Source of the DNA: an uncultured Lentimicrobiaceae bacterium
GTDB lineage: Bacteria; Bacteroidota; Bacteroidia; Bacteroidales; F082
Reading direction: 5' to 3'
NCBI GenBank assembly: GCA_964455635.1
Contig: CAYVWX010000001.1
Coordinates: forward strand, 1 to 61,861
DNA: 61,861 nt
The notes below the pieces were generated by a model. It did no database searches, had not been told where the DNA came from, and worked only from the letters and a program-made list of their open reading frames with translations. Shown here piece by piece: positions 20,545 through 30,636 of the stretch. Position 1 is the stretch's first letter; each line of letters starts with the position of its first letter. The position numbers were made by a program, and so were the translations under genes.

Positions 20545-21879
20545 TTACAAGCCTGTTGCAGGGTCGTCTTCAAACCAGGCTTTTATTTTATTTAAAAACG
20601 AGGTTCCGGGTTCGATATACTCTTTTTCTTTGGCTTTTTTGCCTCCCAATCCGAAAAAACCTTTGCTTTTTCCTTTTCCTTTTTCCACCTCTTCTTCATT
20701 GTCCAGTTTGTTTTGGATTTCGGAGCGCCGGATGCCTTCAATTACGAGTCCGATGCCCGTAGCAAACATGGGAGCAGCCATGGTGTCGCTGTTTTTTCCT
20801 GATAGATATTCGTTGGGATAGCCAATGCGTGTATCCATGCCGGTGTTGTACTGCGTAAATACATCCATGTGTTTAAGTTGCGAACCGCCGCCTGTTAATA
20901 CAATGCCTCCGATAAGCTTTTTTTTGAACCCTGAGTTTTTTATCTCAAAATCAATTAGTTCGATAATGTCTTTTAGTCTTGCTTCAATAATGTTGGCAAG
21001 GTTTTTCAGGGTAATTTCTTTGGGCGGACGGCCACGAAGTCCCGGGATGGCCACCACCTCGTTGTCGCTGTTTTTTTCGGCCAGTGCCGATCCGAATTTA
21101 AGTTTTAACTCTTCCGCGTAACGTTTAATAATGGAACATCCTTCTTTTACGTCTTCGGTAATTATTTCACCGCCAAAAGGAATGACGGCAGTATGCCTGA
21201 TGATGTGATCCTGAAAAATGGCTATGTCGGTGGTGCCGCCGCCAATATCTACCAAAGCTACACCGGCTTCTTTTTCTTCATCGCTCAGCACTGCCTGGGC
21301 CGAAGCAATGGGCTCCAGTATTAATGCCTCCGCTTCGAGGCCTGCTTTGCGAACGCAGGTGTAAATGTTTTTGGCTGCTGCCGTTTGCCCGATAATGATG
21401 TGGAAATTAGCTTCCAATGTGCTGCCCAGCATGCCGCGAGGCTCACGAATGCCCTCTTCGTTGTCGATGATGTAGTCTTGCGGAATGACATCGATAATTT
21501 CTTCGCCGGGCGACATGTTCAGCTTGTACATATCCATTTTAAGTTTTTCAATCTCGGCCTGACTAATCTCTTTATTGGGGTCATCGCGGATAATGTTGCC
21601 ACGGTGCTGCTGGCTGCGAATATGTTGTCCGGCAATGCCCACATGAACGGTTTTTATTTCAACACCCGACTGCTCCTCTGCAATTTCTACCGCTTTGCGA
21701 ATTGACTTTACCGTGTTTTCAATGTTGGCTACCACACCTCGTTTTACCCCAATCGACTCGGTTTTTCCGTAACCCAGTATTTCAATTTTTCCAAATTCAT
21801 CTTTTTGCCCTACAATACAGGCAATTTTTGTAGTACCTATGTCAAGGCCAACAATAATTTCATTTTCAATGTTTTCCAT
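20545..21879 (-). CDS. ftsA: cell division protein FtsA
   Basis: 444 aa. Actin-fold motifs GLDIGTTK and DIGGGTTD, plus a C-terminal amphipathic tail. Confidence 0.95.
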   Translation of the reverse strand: MENIENEIIVGLDIGTTKIACIVGQKDEFGKIEILGYGKTESIGVKRGVVANIENTVKSIRKAVEIAEEQSGVEIKTVHVGIAGQHIRSQQHRGNIIRDDPNKEISQAEIEKLKMDMYKLNMSPGEEIIDVIPQDYIIDNEEGIREPRGMLGSTLEANFHIIIGQTAAAKNIYTCVRKAGLEAEALILEPIASAQAVLSDEEKEAGVALVDIGGGTTDIAIFQDHIIRHTAVIPFGGEIITEDVKEGCSIIKRYAEELKLKFGSALAEKNSDNEVVAIPGLRGRPPKEITLKNLANIIEARLKDIIELIDFEIKNSGFKKKLIGGIVLTGGGSQLKHMDVFTQYNTGMDTRIGYPNEYLSGKNSDTMAAPMFATGIGLVIEGIRRSEIQNKLDNEEEVEKGKGKSKGFFGLGGKKAKEKEYIEPGTSFLNKIKAWFEDDPATGL

Positions 21880-21883
21880 ATCG

Positions 21884-22654
21884 CTATTTTTTAGTACATA
21901 CTATTTGATTTCTATATTTAAGGTTTATTGTTTTGTATCTGTCCCACCCTTCAAATACCAACGATTTTTTGTAAAAAATTACCAGATTTTCAAGTTTGTG
22001 CTGCAGGTTAACCGTATCTCCCAACCTGATAACCTGATTGCCGATAACAGGTATTAAATCGAACTCGTGCCGGCTGTTTAAGTAAACTTCGCCAACAAGC
22101 GATTTTAAAAACTTATATTGCTCTATCTGTTTTGCAATGACCAGTAATTTTTTCAGATCGCTTTTTTTATAGATGGTGTCGTAAATGCTGTTGTAGTTTT
22201 TCAGCGGCGTGGTTTGGATGTATCCGTTGGCAATGAGCATTCGCGGCGAATAGCTTTTGCAGAGCGGTAATATTTTTCCTTTCCCGTCAAGATAAAAACT
22301 TTTGCCAAACCGGTTAAAAACGCGTAATACCGGTTTTGATTCGCGTATATTGATGATGAGATTTCCGTCGATGTCGGTATAGACATCAACCTTATCAACC
22401 CAGGGTGCTTGTTTAAGGCTGTCTTCTATAACATCAAGGTTTACATCTTTAATGCGGATGGTGTCGGTAAGATGCCGGCGAACAAAATTAAAGATGTTCT
22501 TTTTGTTCAAAAATCCCTGTTTACTATCCCTGGTAACATGTATGAGCACCTTTTGCAAAGGCTCCTGTTCATGCATGCTGTAAACATAAATCATGAGTGC
22601 CGCCACTACAATGGCAGCAAGTAAAAGGAGTGATATTTGAAAAATCCGTTTCAT
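21884..22654 (-). CDS. ftsQ: cell division protein FtsQ
   Basis: 256 aa with a single N-terminal TM segment. Assigned by its position between murC and ftsA. Confidence 0.8.
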   Translation of the reverse strand: MKRIFQISLLLLAAIVVAALMIYVYSMHEQEPLQKVLIHVTRDSKQGFLNKKNIFNFVRRHLTDTIRIKDVNLDVIEDSLKQAPWVDKVDVYTDIDGNLIINIRESKPVLRVFNRFGKSFYLDGKGKILPLCKSYSPRMLIANGYIQTTPLKNYNSIYDTIYKKSDLKKLLVIAKQIEQYKFLKSLVGEVYLNSRHEFDLIPVIGNQVIRLGDTVNLQHKLENLVIFYKKSLVFEGWDRYKTINLKYRNQIVCTKK

Positions 22655-24001
22655 TTAACTTTTTAATACTTTTTTAATTTCCGCAGGCATAAGCCCGATG
22701 TCGCCGGCACCCAATGTTAGCAGAACTTCAGGCTTGTTTTGTGATAAATATTCAAGCAGTTCGTTTTTTTTCATCAGTTTTTTATGGGGATTGGCGATGT
22801 TGTTTAAAATAATTTCCGATGTAACACCCGGAATGGGCAGCTCGCGGGCGGGATAGATGTTTAACAAAATTATTTCGTCAACTTTTTCAAGCGCTTTGGC
22901 AAATTCAAGGGCAAAATCGTGTGTGCGGCTAAAAAGATGGGGTTGAAAAACAACCGTAATTTTTTTAGAGGGATAAAGCATCTTTACTGCTTCGATGGTA
23001 ACTTTTATTTCATCGGGATGATGTGCATAATCGTGAATAAACACCAGATTACCGGTTTTAATGTGGTAATCAAATCTGTGTTGAACCCCTTGAAATGATT
23101 CCAGCCCCGATTTAATTTCGGAAGGCGTTAATCCTGTTTTAAACCCTATTATTGAGGCGGCGAGTGCATTTTCGATATAATGTAATCCGGGAACCGCTAA
23201 CCGAATGGCCTCAATGGTCTGTGTGCCATACCTAAGGTCGAAGATAAAACTTCCGTTTTCAATACGGATATTTTCGGCTCTGCAATCGGCTTGTTTACGA
23301 GCTGAGTAGGTAATTTTTTTACCGGAAAAATCAGGAAGATGACGGAGTCCTTCGTGATAAATTAATGTGCCTTCGGGGCCAAGTTTACGGGCAAAATCCA
23401 CAAAGGCATTTTGTATTTCTGCTTTTGTGCCGTAAATATCAAGATGATCGGCATCCATGGAGGAGATAACTGAAATATCGGGATGTAACTGCAAAAATGA
23501 GCGGTCGTATTCATCGGCTTCCACCACTAAAATGTCGGTGTTGTCCGAAATAATACAATTTGAGTTGTAGTTTTTTAATATGCCGCCAATTAAAGCGGTT
23601 ATGTTTTTGCCGGCGGCCTTTAGCAGGTGTGCAGCCATGGAGCTGATGCTGGTTTTTCCGTGTGTGCCTGCTACGGCTACGGTAAAATACTCTTTTGACA
23701 AATCGCCCAATACCGCTGCGCGCTTTTTTAAATTAAAGTTGTTGTTTATAAAATATTGGTACTCTTTGTTATTTTGGGGGATGGCCGGAGTATAAACCAC
23801 CGGGTCGGGGTTTTCGGGTATGGCCGACACATCCTCTTTGTAATGAATGTGTATTCCTTCGCTTTCAAGTTGCGCAGTTAACGGCGTGGCTGTACGGTCG
23901 TAACCGTAAATGTCGTATCCTTTTCTTTTATAGAACCTGGCCAGAGCACTCATGCCAATGCCGCCAATTCCCAAAAAATATGCCGTTGGTTGTTTTTTCA
24001 T
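22655..24001 (-). CDS. murC: UDP-N-acetylmuramate--L-alanine ligase
   Basis: 448 aa. GIGGIGMSALA and GTHGKTS motifs. Confidence 0.95.
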   Translation of the reverse strand: MKKQPTAYFLGIGGIGMSALARFYKRKGYDIYGYDRTATPLTAQLESEGIHIHYKEDVSAIPENPDPVVYTPAIPQNNKEYQYFINNNFNLKKRAAVLGDLSKEYFTVAVAGTHGKTSISSMAAHLLKAAGKNITALIGGILKNYNSNCIISDNTDILVVEADEYDRSFLQLHPDISVISSMDADHLDIYGTKAEIQNAFVDFARKLGPEGTLIYHEGLRHLPDFSGKKITYSARKQADCRAENIRIENGSFIFDLRYGTQTIEAIRLAVPGLHYIENALAASIIGFKTGLTPSEIKSGLESFQGVQHRFDYHIKTGNLVFIHDYAHHPDEIKVTIEAVKMLYPSKKITVVFQPHLFSRTHDFALEFAKALEKVDEIILLNIYPARELPIPGVTSEIILNNIANPHKKLMKKNELLEYLSQNKPEVLLTLGAGDIGLMPAEIKKVLKS

Positions 24002-24004
24002 GCT

Positions 24005-25153
24005 CTATTGGTTTTTTACCATTAGGTTGTTATCGTGCCCTGACGGGATTTTTAATAATTTTATCACTTCACTGACAATGTTGCCGGTGGCATCATCGGT
24101 ATCGAAAGCTTTAAGCTTTTGGATTATATCCTCTCTTTTTTTATTTGATTGAACAAGTTCTTTTATTGTACCTGCAATTTTTGTTTTTGCATCACTTTGC
24201 CGCAGCAGGATGCCTGCTCCTTTTTCGGAGAGTGCAAGTGCATTTTTTGTTTGATGGTCTTCGGCGGCTGTGGGTAACGGAATAAAAACAGCCGGTTTTC
24301 CAACAGCTATAATTTCGGCTATGGCAATGGCTCCGGCTCTGGAAACAATTACATCGGCAGCTGCATAGGCTTTGTCCATTTGGTTGATAAAGGCGGTTAC
24401 TTTAATGTGCCGGTTAAAGGGACTTCTTTCGGCTGCTGTTTTTGCTTCTTCCAGCGAGCCGGTTCCTGTTTGCCAAATTAGCTGGACACCAAGCGCAGCT
24501 ATTTTGTCGAGGTTTTCCAAAATGGCGTTGTTAACACCTCTGGCTCCCTGGCTTCCTCCTATTATTAAAAGTACCGGCATTTTGTCTGTCAGGCCAAAAT
24601 GTTTTACCCCTTCGCCATGCGACAGGTTGAGGTTTAGTATTTCTTTGCGTATGGGTGCGCCTGTTACAACAATTTTTTTGGAAGGGAAATATTTTTTCAT
24701 TCCCGGATAGGCGACACAAACGGTGTTTACACTTCTGCCGAGAATTTTATTGGTAATACCCGGAAATGAGTTTTGTTCCAGTATTAAAGTGGGTATTTTT
24801 TTGCGCGATGCCATATACAATAGGGGGCCGCTGGCATATCCACCGGTTCCGATGGCGATGTGGGGTTTGAATGTTTTTACAATTTTACGGGCACGGCAAA
24901 GACTGCTTACCAGTTTAAACGGAAAGGAGAGGTTATCGATGGTAAGTTTTCTTTGAAACCCGCTAATCCAAAGTCCTTCAATAGGATAACCCGCTGCAGG
25001 AACTTTTTCCATTTCCATTCTGCCTTTGGCACCTACAAACTTAATTTCGGCATCGGGATAGTGCTCTTTCAGCTTGTCGGCAATGGCGATAGCCGGAAAG
25101 ATGTGGCCGCCGGTGCCACCTCCGCTCATTAATATTTTTAACGGACTACTCAT
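24005..25153 (-). CDS. murG: undecaprenyldiphospho-muramoylpentapeptide beta-N-acetylglucosaminyltransferase
   Basis: 382 aa. N-terminal GGGTGGHIFPA motif. Confidence 0.95.
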   Translation of the reverse strand: MSSPLKILMSGGGTGGHIFPAIAIADKLKEHYPDAEIKFVGAKGRMEMEKVPAAGYPIEGLWISGFQRKLTIDNLSFPFKLVSSLCRARKIVKTFKPHIAIGTGGYASGPLLYMASRKKIPTLILEQNSFPGITNKILGRSVNTVCVAYPGMKKYFPSKKIVVTGAPIRKEILNLNLSHGEGVKHFGLTDKMPVLLIIGGSQGARGVNNAILENLDKIAALGVQLIWQTGTGSLEEAKTAAERSPFNRHIKVTAFINQMDKAYAAADVIVSRAGAIAIAEIIAVGKPAVFIPLPTAAEDHQTKNALALSEKGAGILLRQSDAKTKIAGTIKELVQSNKKREDIIQKLKAFDTDDATGNIVSEVIKLLKIPSGHDNNLMVKNQ

Positions 25154-26330
25154 AGCTTTCCTCCTCTGACCTTGTTACGGTGGCAAGTTGTTTTTCTTTA
25201 TTCTGCTCAATCTCGCGGCTTACGCTTAAAATAATTCCAATGGCAAGACTGCTAAACCACAGCGATGTTCCGCCCATGCTTATTAATGGCAGCGGCTGTC
25301 CGGTTACCGGAAAAAGGTTGACGGCAACCCCCATGTTTATTAAAGCTTGAAATACAAGGCTAAAGCTCATGCCTATCACCATAAAACTTCCGAAAAGTGT
25401 GGGCGAGTTTGTTGAAATGCGGATGGCTCTGAAAAAAAGTACAAGGTAGAGCAGCAGCACAAATGCACCGCCTAAAAGGCCATACTCTTCGATGATGATG
25501 GCGTAAATAAAATCGGAGTAGGGATGGGGTAAAAAATTTCGTTGGGTGCTGTTGCCGGGCCCTTTGCCGTAAATACCGCCGGTAGCAATGGCTATTTTGG
25601 CCTGTTCAACCTGAAAGGGTACTTCGTTTTTATCTTTGTTTATGAAGTGTTCAATACGATGTTTCCAGGTGGCGGTTCGTCCCTGCATGCCTTCGGGCAT
25701 GTTAAACATTATTAGTATTACAATGGCAATAACAGCTGCTCCGGCAGCAATTAAGCTTGTCAGGTAAAGTAGCTTGACTCTTCCCACAAAAAGTAAAACC
25801 AAACTGATGGTAAACACAATAACAGCGGTAGAAAGATTGGCCGGTAAAATAGCCAGCACAACCGCCAGTATGGGAATCATTAACGGAACAAATGCCGACC
25901 TAAAACTTTTAATTTTGTCTTGTCTTCTTGTCAGCTCTCGTGCCAGATAAACAATAAGTGTAATTTTTGCGAGGTCGGAAGTTTGAAATGTGAGTCCCAC
26001 CAATGGAATTTGTAACACGCGGGTGGCACCGTTAACATTTTTACCCAAAAAAAGTGTAATTACCAGCAACGGTACGGCAATGTACAGTGCAATCTGAAAA
26101 ATTCGCGAATAGTAGGTGTATTTTAATTTGTAGGCAAAATACATGAGCAGCAGTCCCAAAGTAAGTATGGTTGTGTGTTTTAGCATATAATGCATGGTGT
26201 CGCCACCCTGATATTTGTACGCCAGTGTGCCTGTTGAGCTGTAAACAGCCAGCAACGAAATAATGCTCAACATTACCACGATAAACCAAATTACCTTGTC
26301 TCCTTTTATGTATTTAAAGCCTATATTCAT
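25146..26330 (-). CDS. ftsW: SEDS-family peptidoglycan glycosyltransferase FtsW
   Basis: 394 aa polytopic membrane protein in the dcw position. Overlaps the murG start by 8 nt. Confidence 0.9.
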   Translation of the reverse strand: MNIGFKYIKGDKVIWFIVVMLSIISLLAVYSSTGTLAYKYQGGDTMHYMLKHTTILTLGLLLMYFAYKLKYTYYSRIFQIALYIAVPLLVITLFLGKNVNGATRVLQIPLVGLTFQTSDLAKITLIVYLARELTRRQDKIKSFRSAFVPLMIPILAVVLAILPANLSTAVIVFTISLVLLFVGRVKLLYLTSLIAAGAAVIAIVILIMFNMPEGMQGRTATWKHRIEHFINKDKNEVPFQVEQAKIAIATGGIYGKGPGNSTQRNFLPHPYSDFIYAIIIEEYGLLGGAFVLLLYLVLFFRAIRISTNSPTLFGSFMVIGMSFSLVFQALINMGVAVNLFPVTGQPLPLISMGGTSLWFSSLAIGIILSVSREIEQNKEKQLATVTRSEEESYE

Positions 26331-26334
26331 GATG

Positions 26335-27702
26335 CTATAACTCCTTTACAGCTTTTTTAAATTGGTTGCCGCGATCCTGATAATTTTCAAAAAGGTCGAA
26401 ACTGGCACAGGCGGGCGACAGCAGAACGATTTCGCCTTTTTTGGCCAGATGATAAGCATAGGTAACGGCTTCCTGTGCCGAGCCTGCGTCCACCATAATT
26501 TCTACCATGTCTTCAAAGGCATCGTGAAGTTTGGTGTTGTCCTTACCGAGACAAACAATGGCTTTTACCTTGTTGCGAACCAGTGATTTAAGCTCTGAAT
26601 AGTTGTTTCCTTTATCTTGTCCGCCAACAATCCAAACGGTGGGTGCTTCAACATATTCCAGTGCATACCAGGTGGAATTAATGTTGGTGGCTTTGCTGTC
26701 GTTAATAAAAGTTATCCCATGGACATTGGAAACAAACTCCAGCCGGTGCGGAATGTTTTCGAAATCGGAAAGGCTCTGTTTGATGCTTTCCTTGCGAACA
26801 TCTAACAACCGTGCTGCCACCGAAGCAGCCATTGAGTTGTATGTGTTGTGCTTTCCCTGAAGTGCTAACTGTTCAAGTGTCATATTAAATCTGTTTTTAT
26901 TTATGTTTATAATTATTTCGTTGTTTTTAAGCCAGGCACCGTTTTCCACGGGGGAATCGGATAGTGTCAGGCTGTATTTTTTTGGAAGGATGTTTCTTTT
27001 TTTCAGCTCACGGCTTGTAACGGGGTCGTCGGCATTAAAAATGAAAGCATCTTCCTTCGACATGTTTTGAAGAATTTTAAATTTAGAGTCGATGTAGTTT
27101 TCAAAGCGGTTGTTATACCGGTCCAGATGGTCGGGTGTAATGTTGGTAAGTATGGCAATGTCGGCCTTGAACCGATACATATTATCCAGCTGAAAGCTGC
27201 TTATTTCCAGTACGTAGATGTCGTAATCCGAAAGCGCAACCTGCTTAGCAAAACTCTCTCCGATGTTACCGGCCAAACCTGCTTTCAAACCCGCTGCTTT
27301 TAAAATATGCCATGTTAAAAGCGTAGTGGTAGTTTTGCCGTTTGACCCGGTGATGCAAACAAGCTTTGCATGGGTGTAACGGGCCGCAAATTCTATTTCG
27401 GAAATTACCGGAATTCCTTTTTCCAGTGCCCGTTTTACGGGAGGTGCAGTGTTGGGGATTCCGGGACTTTTTATAATCTCCGAGGCTCTTTCTATTTTAT
27501 GAAACGAATGGCCGTTTTCTTCAAAATCAATGTCATGATGTGTAAGAACGCTTTTGTATTTGGATTCAATTTTTCCATAATCACTTACTAAAACATTAAA
27601 TCCTTGTTTTTTTGCAAGAATGGCAGCTCCGGTTCCGCTTTCACCGGCACCGAGAATTACTATTTCTTTCCCGGCTTTTTGTTTTGATTTACCACTCTTC
27701 AT
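26335..27702 (-). CDS. murD: UDP-N-acetylmuramoylalanine--D-glutamate ligase
   Basis: 455 aa. GAGESGTG and GSNGKTTT motifs. Confidence 0.95.
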   Translation of the reverse strand: MKSGKSKQKAGKEIVILGAGESGTGAAILAKKQGFNVLVSDYGKIESKYKSVLTHHDIDFEENGHSFHKIERASEIIKSPGIPNTAPPVKRALEKGIPVISEIEFAARYTHAKLVCITGSNGKTTTTLLTWHILKAAGLKAGLAGNIGESFAKQVALSDYDIYVLEISSFQLDNMYRFKADIAILTNITPDHLDRYNNRFENYIDSKFKILQNMSKEDAFIFNADDPVTSRELKKRNILPKKYSLTLSDSPVENGAWLKNNEIIININKNRFNMTLEQLALQGKHNTYNSMAASVAARLLDVRKESIKQSLSDFENIPHRLEFVSNVHGITFINDSKATNINSTWYALEYVEAPTVWIVGGQDKGNNYSELKSLVRNKVKAIVCLGKDNTKLHDAFEDMVEIMVDAGSAQEAVTYAYHLAKKGEIVLLSPACASFDLFENYQDRGNQFKKAVKEL

Positions 27703-27715
27703 TTTTTTTTGTTTT

Positions 27716-27890
27716 TTGCTCCCGTTGGTCGCGTTATTTGCTCCCTGCGGTCGCTGTCATTGCTCCCGTTGGTCGCGTCATTTGCTTCCTGCGGTCGCTG
27801 TCATTGTTCCCGTTGGTCGCGTCATTGCTCCCTGCGGTCGCTGTCATTGCTCCCTGCGGTCGCTGTCATTTGCTCCCTGCGGTCGCGGTG
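27716..27890. repeat. tandem array of eight 21-23 bp units (variants TTGCTCCCGTTGGTCGCGTCA and TTGCTCCCTGCGGTCGCTGTCA)
   Basis: Hand alignment of head-to-tail units with no spacers. The array fills the mraY-murD spacer, and the same family occurs at 44036-44161. Confidence 0.9.
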
Positions 27891-27916
27891 TGTTTTTCTT
27901 AATTTATTTTTCATTA

Positions 27917-29158
27917 TTATCTCAGTTTCAGGGTGATGATGGTTAAAACTGCCAGCATCATACCTATAATAAATACGCGCATAACTATTTTGGCTTCGGG
28001 ATATCCCTTTTTTTGATAGTGGTGATGTAAAGGCGACATGAGAAAAATACGCCTGCCTTCACCATATTTTTTACGGGTGTATTTAAAATAACTTACCTGC
28101 ATAATTACCGACAGGCTCTCCACGAGGAAAATTCCTGCCAGTAGTGGTAACAACAGCTCTTTACGAATGATAATGGCAAATACGGCAATAATACCGCCAA
28201 TGGCAAGGCTGCCGGTATCGCCCATAAATACCTGGGCAGGGTAGGTGTTGTACCATAAAAAACCTACCGTAGCTCCTACAAAACCGGCTATAAATACGGT
28301 TAGCTCACCTACGTTGGGGATGTACATAATGTTTAAATAGTCCGAAAAAATAATGTTACCCGAAACCCAGGCCAGAATTCCCAATGTGGCACCTATTATG
28401 GCTGAAGTGCCGGCCGCAAGGCCATCCATTCCGTCGGTGAGGTTGGCACCGTTTGATACTCCCGTGAGAATGAAAATTACAAACGGAATAAATATTAAAA
28501 AAGCATATTTTTCGTATCCGTTTCCCAACCATTTTAATAATACGGCGTAATCAAATTCGTTGTTTTTAACGAATGGAATGGTGGTTTTTGTTGAGTGGCG
28601 TTCGTCGGGCCTGAAAGCATGCGAAGGGCCGTTGGTATTAATTTTTTGTACTACTTGTGCGGTGGCGACTTTTTGCTTTTGACGAACAACCACTTCAGGG
28701 CTGAAATAGAGTACCGCCCCGACAACCAATCCTAAAATTATTTGTGCCAGAATTTTAAGCTTTCCTTTTAAACCGGCTTTGTCTTTTCTGAATACTTTGA
28801 TGTAGTCGTCGATAAATCCTACAAAGCCAAGCCATACAGTAGTAAACAGCATTAGCAGGATGTAAATATTATCGAGTTTGGCAAACAACAAAACCGGAAC
28901 AATAATGGATGCTAAAATTATTAAACCACCCATGGTTGGAGTGCCTTGTTTTTCCATTTGCCCTTGCAGGCCTAAATCGCGGACAGTTTCGCCAACCTGT
29001 TTTCTGCGTAAAAAATTAATCCAGTTTTTACCAAACACCATCCCTATTAATAGCGAGGTTACTATGGTCATGGCGGCCCTGAAAGAGAGGTAGTTGAACA
29101 CCTGTGCTCCCGGAAAGTTGTACGTTTCATCAAGATATTTAAACAGATAATACAGCAT
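27917..29158 (-). CDS. mraY: phospho-N-acetylmuramoyl-pentapeptide transferase
   Basis: 413 aa polytopic membrane protein with [10 protein letters not shown] and [12 protein letters not shown] motifs. Confidence 0.95.
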   Translation of the reverse strand: MLYYLFKYLDETYNFPGAQVFNYLSFRAAMTIVTSLLIGMVFGKNWINFLRRKQVGETVRDLGLQGQMEKQGTPTMGGLIILASIIVPVLLFAKLDNIYILLMLFTTVWLGFVGFIDDYIKVFRKDKAGLKGKLKILAQIILGLVVGAVLYFSPEVVVRQKQKVATAQVVQKINTNGPSHAFRPDERHSTKTTIPFVKNNEFDYAVLLKWLGNGYEKYAFLIFIPFVIFILTGVSNGANLTDGMDGLAAGTSAIIGATLGILAWVSGNIIFSDYLNIMYIPNVGELTVFIAGFVGATVGFLWYNTYPAQVFMGDTGSLAIGGIIAVFAIIIRKELLLPLLAGIFLVESLSVIMQVSYFKYTRKKYGEGRRIFLMSPLHHHYQKKGYPEAKIVMRVFIIGMMLAVLTIITLKLR

Positions 29159-29162
29159 AGCT

Positions 29163-30620
29163 TTATAAATTATCGAATAACTCGGTTATCACTTTTTTAT
29201 CGTCGAAAGGGTGTTTTACCCCGTTTATTTCCTGCCATATTTCGTGGCCTTTGCCGGCAATTAATATGATGTCGCCCGGTTGTGCCAGCATTACGGCAGT
29301 ACGGATGGCTTCTTTGCGGTTGACAATGGAAACCACCGACATTTTTTTTGCAGCATCCACCCCTTTCAGCATGTCGTCAATAATGGCTTGCGGCTCTTCG
29401 TTGCGCGGATTGTCGGAAGTGAGAATTAGCCTGTTGCTCAGCAGCGAAGCAATTTTTGCCATTTCAGGTCGTTTTTGCTTGTCGCGGTTTCCGCCGGCAC
29501 CCACCACGGTAATAAGTTGCTCGTTGCCCGTTCTGATGTTTTGGATGGCGTTTAAAACATTTTCAAGAGCATCGGGAGTGTGGGCATAGTCAATTATTGC
29601 AGTTATGTTGTTTTTTGATCGTATTATGTTAAATCGTCCGTCGGCTCCTTTTAAAGCGCTCATATTTAGTAATATATCGTGCCGGTTCTCGCCCAGTAGC
29701 CGCGCTGTTGCATAAACCGCCAAAAGGTTGTAGGCGTTAAAGGTACCTGCCATCAAAGTGTAAAATTGATGTCCGTCGATGGTTAACATGGTGCTGTCGA
29801 AACGGCTTTCCAGTACCTTGGCTTTAAAATCGGCCATGTTTTTAAGTGCATAAGCGTACTTTTTAGCAGCACAGTTTTGAACCATAATACGGCCGTTTTT
29901 GTCGTCAACATTTACCAGTGCAAATGCTTTGGAAGATAAATCATCGAAGAACTTTTTCTTAGCCTTTAAGTAGCCTTTAAATGTTTTGTGATAATCGAGG
30001 TGGTCGTGGGTAAGATTGGTAAATACCGCACCTGCAAAGCTTAATCCTGCAATGCGGTGTTGGTGAATGGCGTGTGAACTTACCTCCATAAAAGCATAGG
30101 CACATCCTGCATCTGCCATGTCGGCCAAAAGTTTGTTTAACGCTATGGCATCGGGTGTGGTGTGGGTAGAAGGAATGACCGTTTGATGAATTTTGTTTTG
30201 AATGGTTGACAACAACCCGCTTTTATATCCAAGCGATTCCATCAGGTTATGCAACAAGGTAACAATGGTTGTTTTGCCGTTGGTACCTGTAACGCCAACC
30301 AGTTTCAGCTTCTCTGACGGGTTGTCGAAAAAGTTGGAAGCAATGTAGCCCAATGCTTCGGCACTGTTTTTTACTTTTATGTAGGTAATTTGATGATCGA
30401 CCTCAGCAGGAAACTCCTCGCAAACAATAGCAACCGCACCCGACTTTTCTGCATCTTTAATAAACCGGTGGCCATCAGTAAGTGTGCCGTTTACAGCCAC
30501 AAACAACGTGCCTTTTACCACTTTGCGCGAGTCGGCGGCAACTACATCAATATAAAGGTCAAGCGACCCTTTTACGGCGGTAATGCCCGAACGATATAAT
30601 ATGTCTTGTAACTTTTTCAC
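29163..30620 (-). CDS. murE: UDP-N-acetylmuramoyl-tripeptide synthetase MurE
   Basis: 485 aa. GTNGKTT P-loop and a TSDNPRNE block. Confidence 0.95.
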   Translation of the reverse strand: MKKLQDILYRSGITAVKGSLDLYIDVVAADSRKVVKGTLFVAVNGTLTDGHRFIKDAEKSGAVAIVCEEFPAEVDHQITYIKVKNSAEALGYIASNFFDNPSEKLKLVGVTGTNGKTTIVTLLHNLMESLGYKSGLLSTIQNKIHQTVIPSTHTTPDAIALNKLLADMADAGCAYAFMEVSSHAIHQHRIAGLSFAGAVFTNLTHDHLDYHKTFKGYLKAKKKFFDDLSSKAFALVNVDDKNGRIMVQNCAAKKYAYALKNMADFKAKVLESRFDSTMLTIDGHQFYTLMAGTFNAYNLLAVYATARLLGENRHDILLNMSALKGADGRFNIIRSKNNITAIIDYAHTPDALENVLNAIQNIRTGNEQLITVVGAGGNRDKQKRPEMAKIASLLSNRLILTSDNPRNEEPQAIIDDMLKGVDAAKKMSVVSIVNRKEAIRTAVMLAQPGDIILIAGKGHEIWQEINGVKHPFDDKKVITELFDNL

Positions 30621-30636
30621 CTTTTATTTTTATGCT

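Noticed and set aside
27716-27890. Possibility that the repeat arrays (here and at 44036-44161) are CRISPR arrays
   Set aside because: The units are directly adjacent with no unique spacers and are only 21-23 bp long. No cas genes are present in the window.
27612-27946. Three overlapping + strand ORFs (96, 108 and 75 aa) with Cys/Arg-rich repetitive translations such as LPAVAVIAPCGRCH
   Set aside because: They exist only because the 21-23 bp tandem repeat has no stop codon in any + frame. The unit length is not a multiple of 3, so the 'protein' is just the repeat read in rotating frames. There is no plausible start context.
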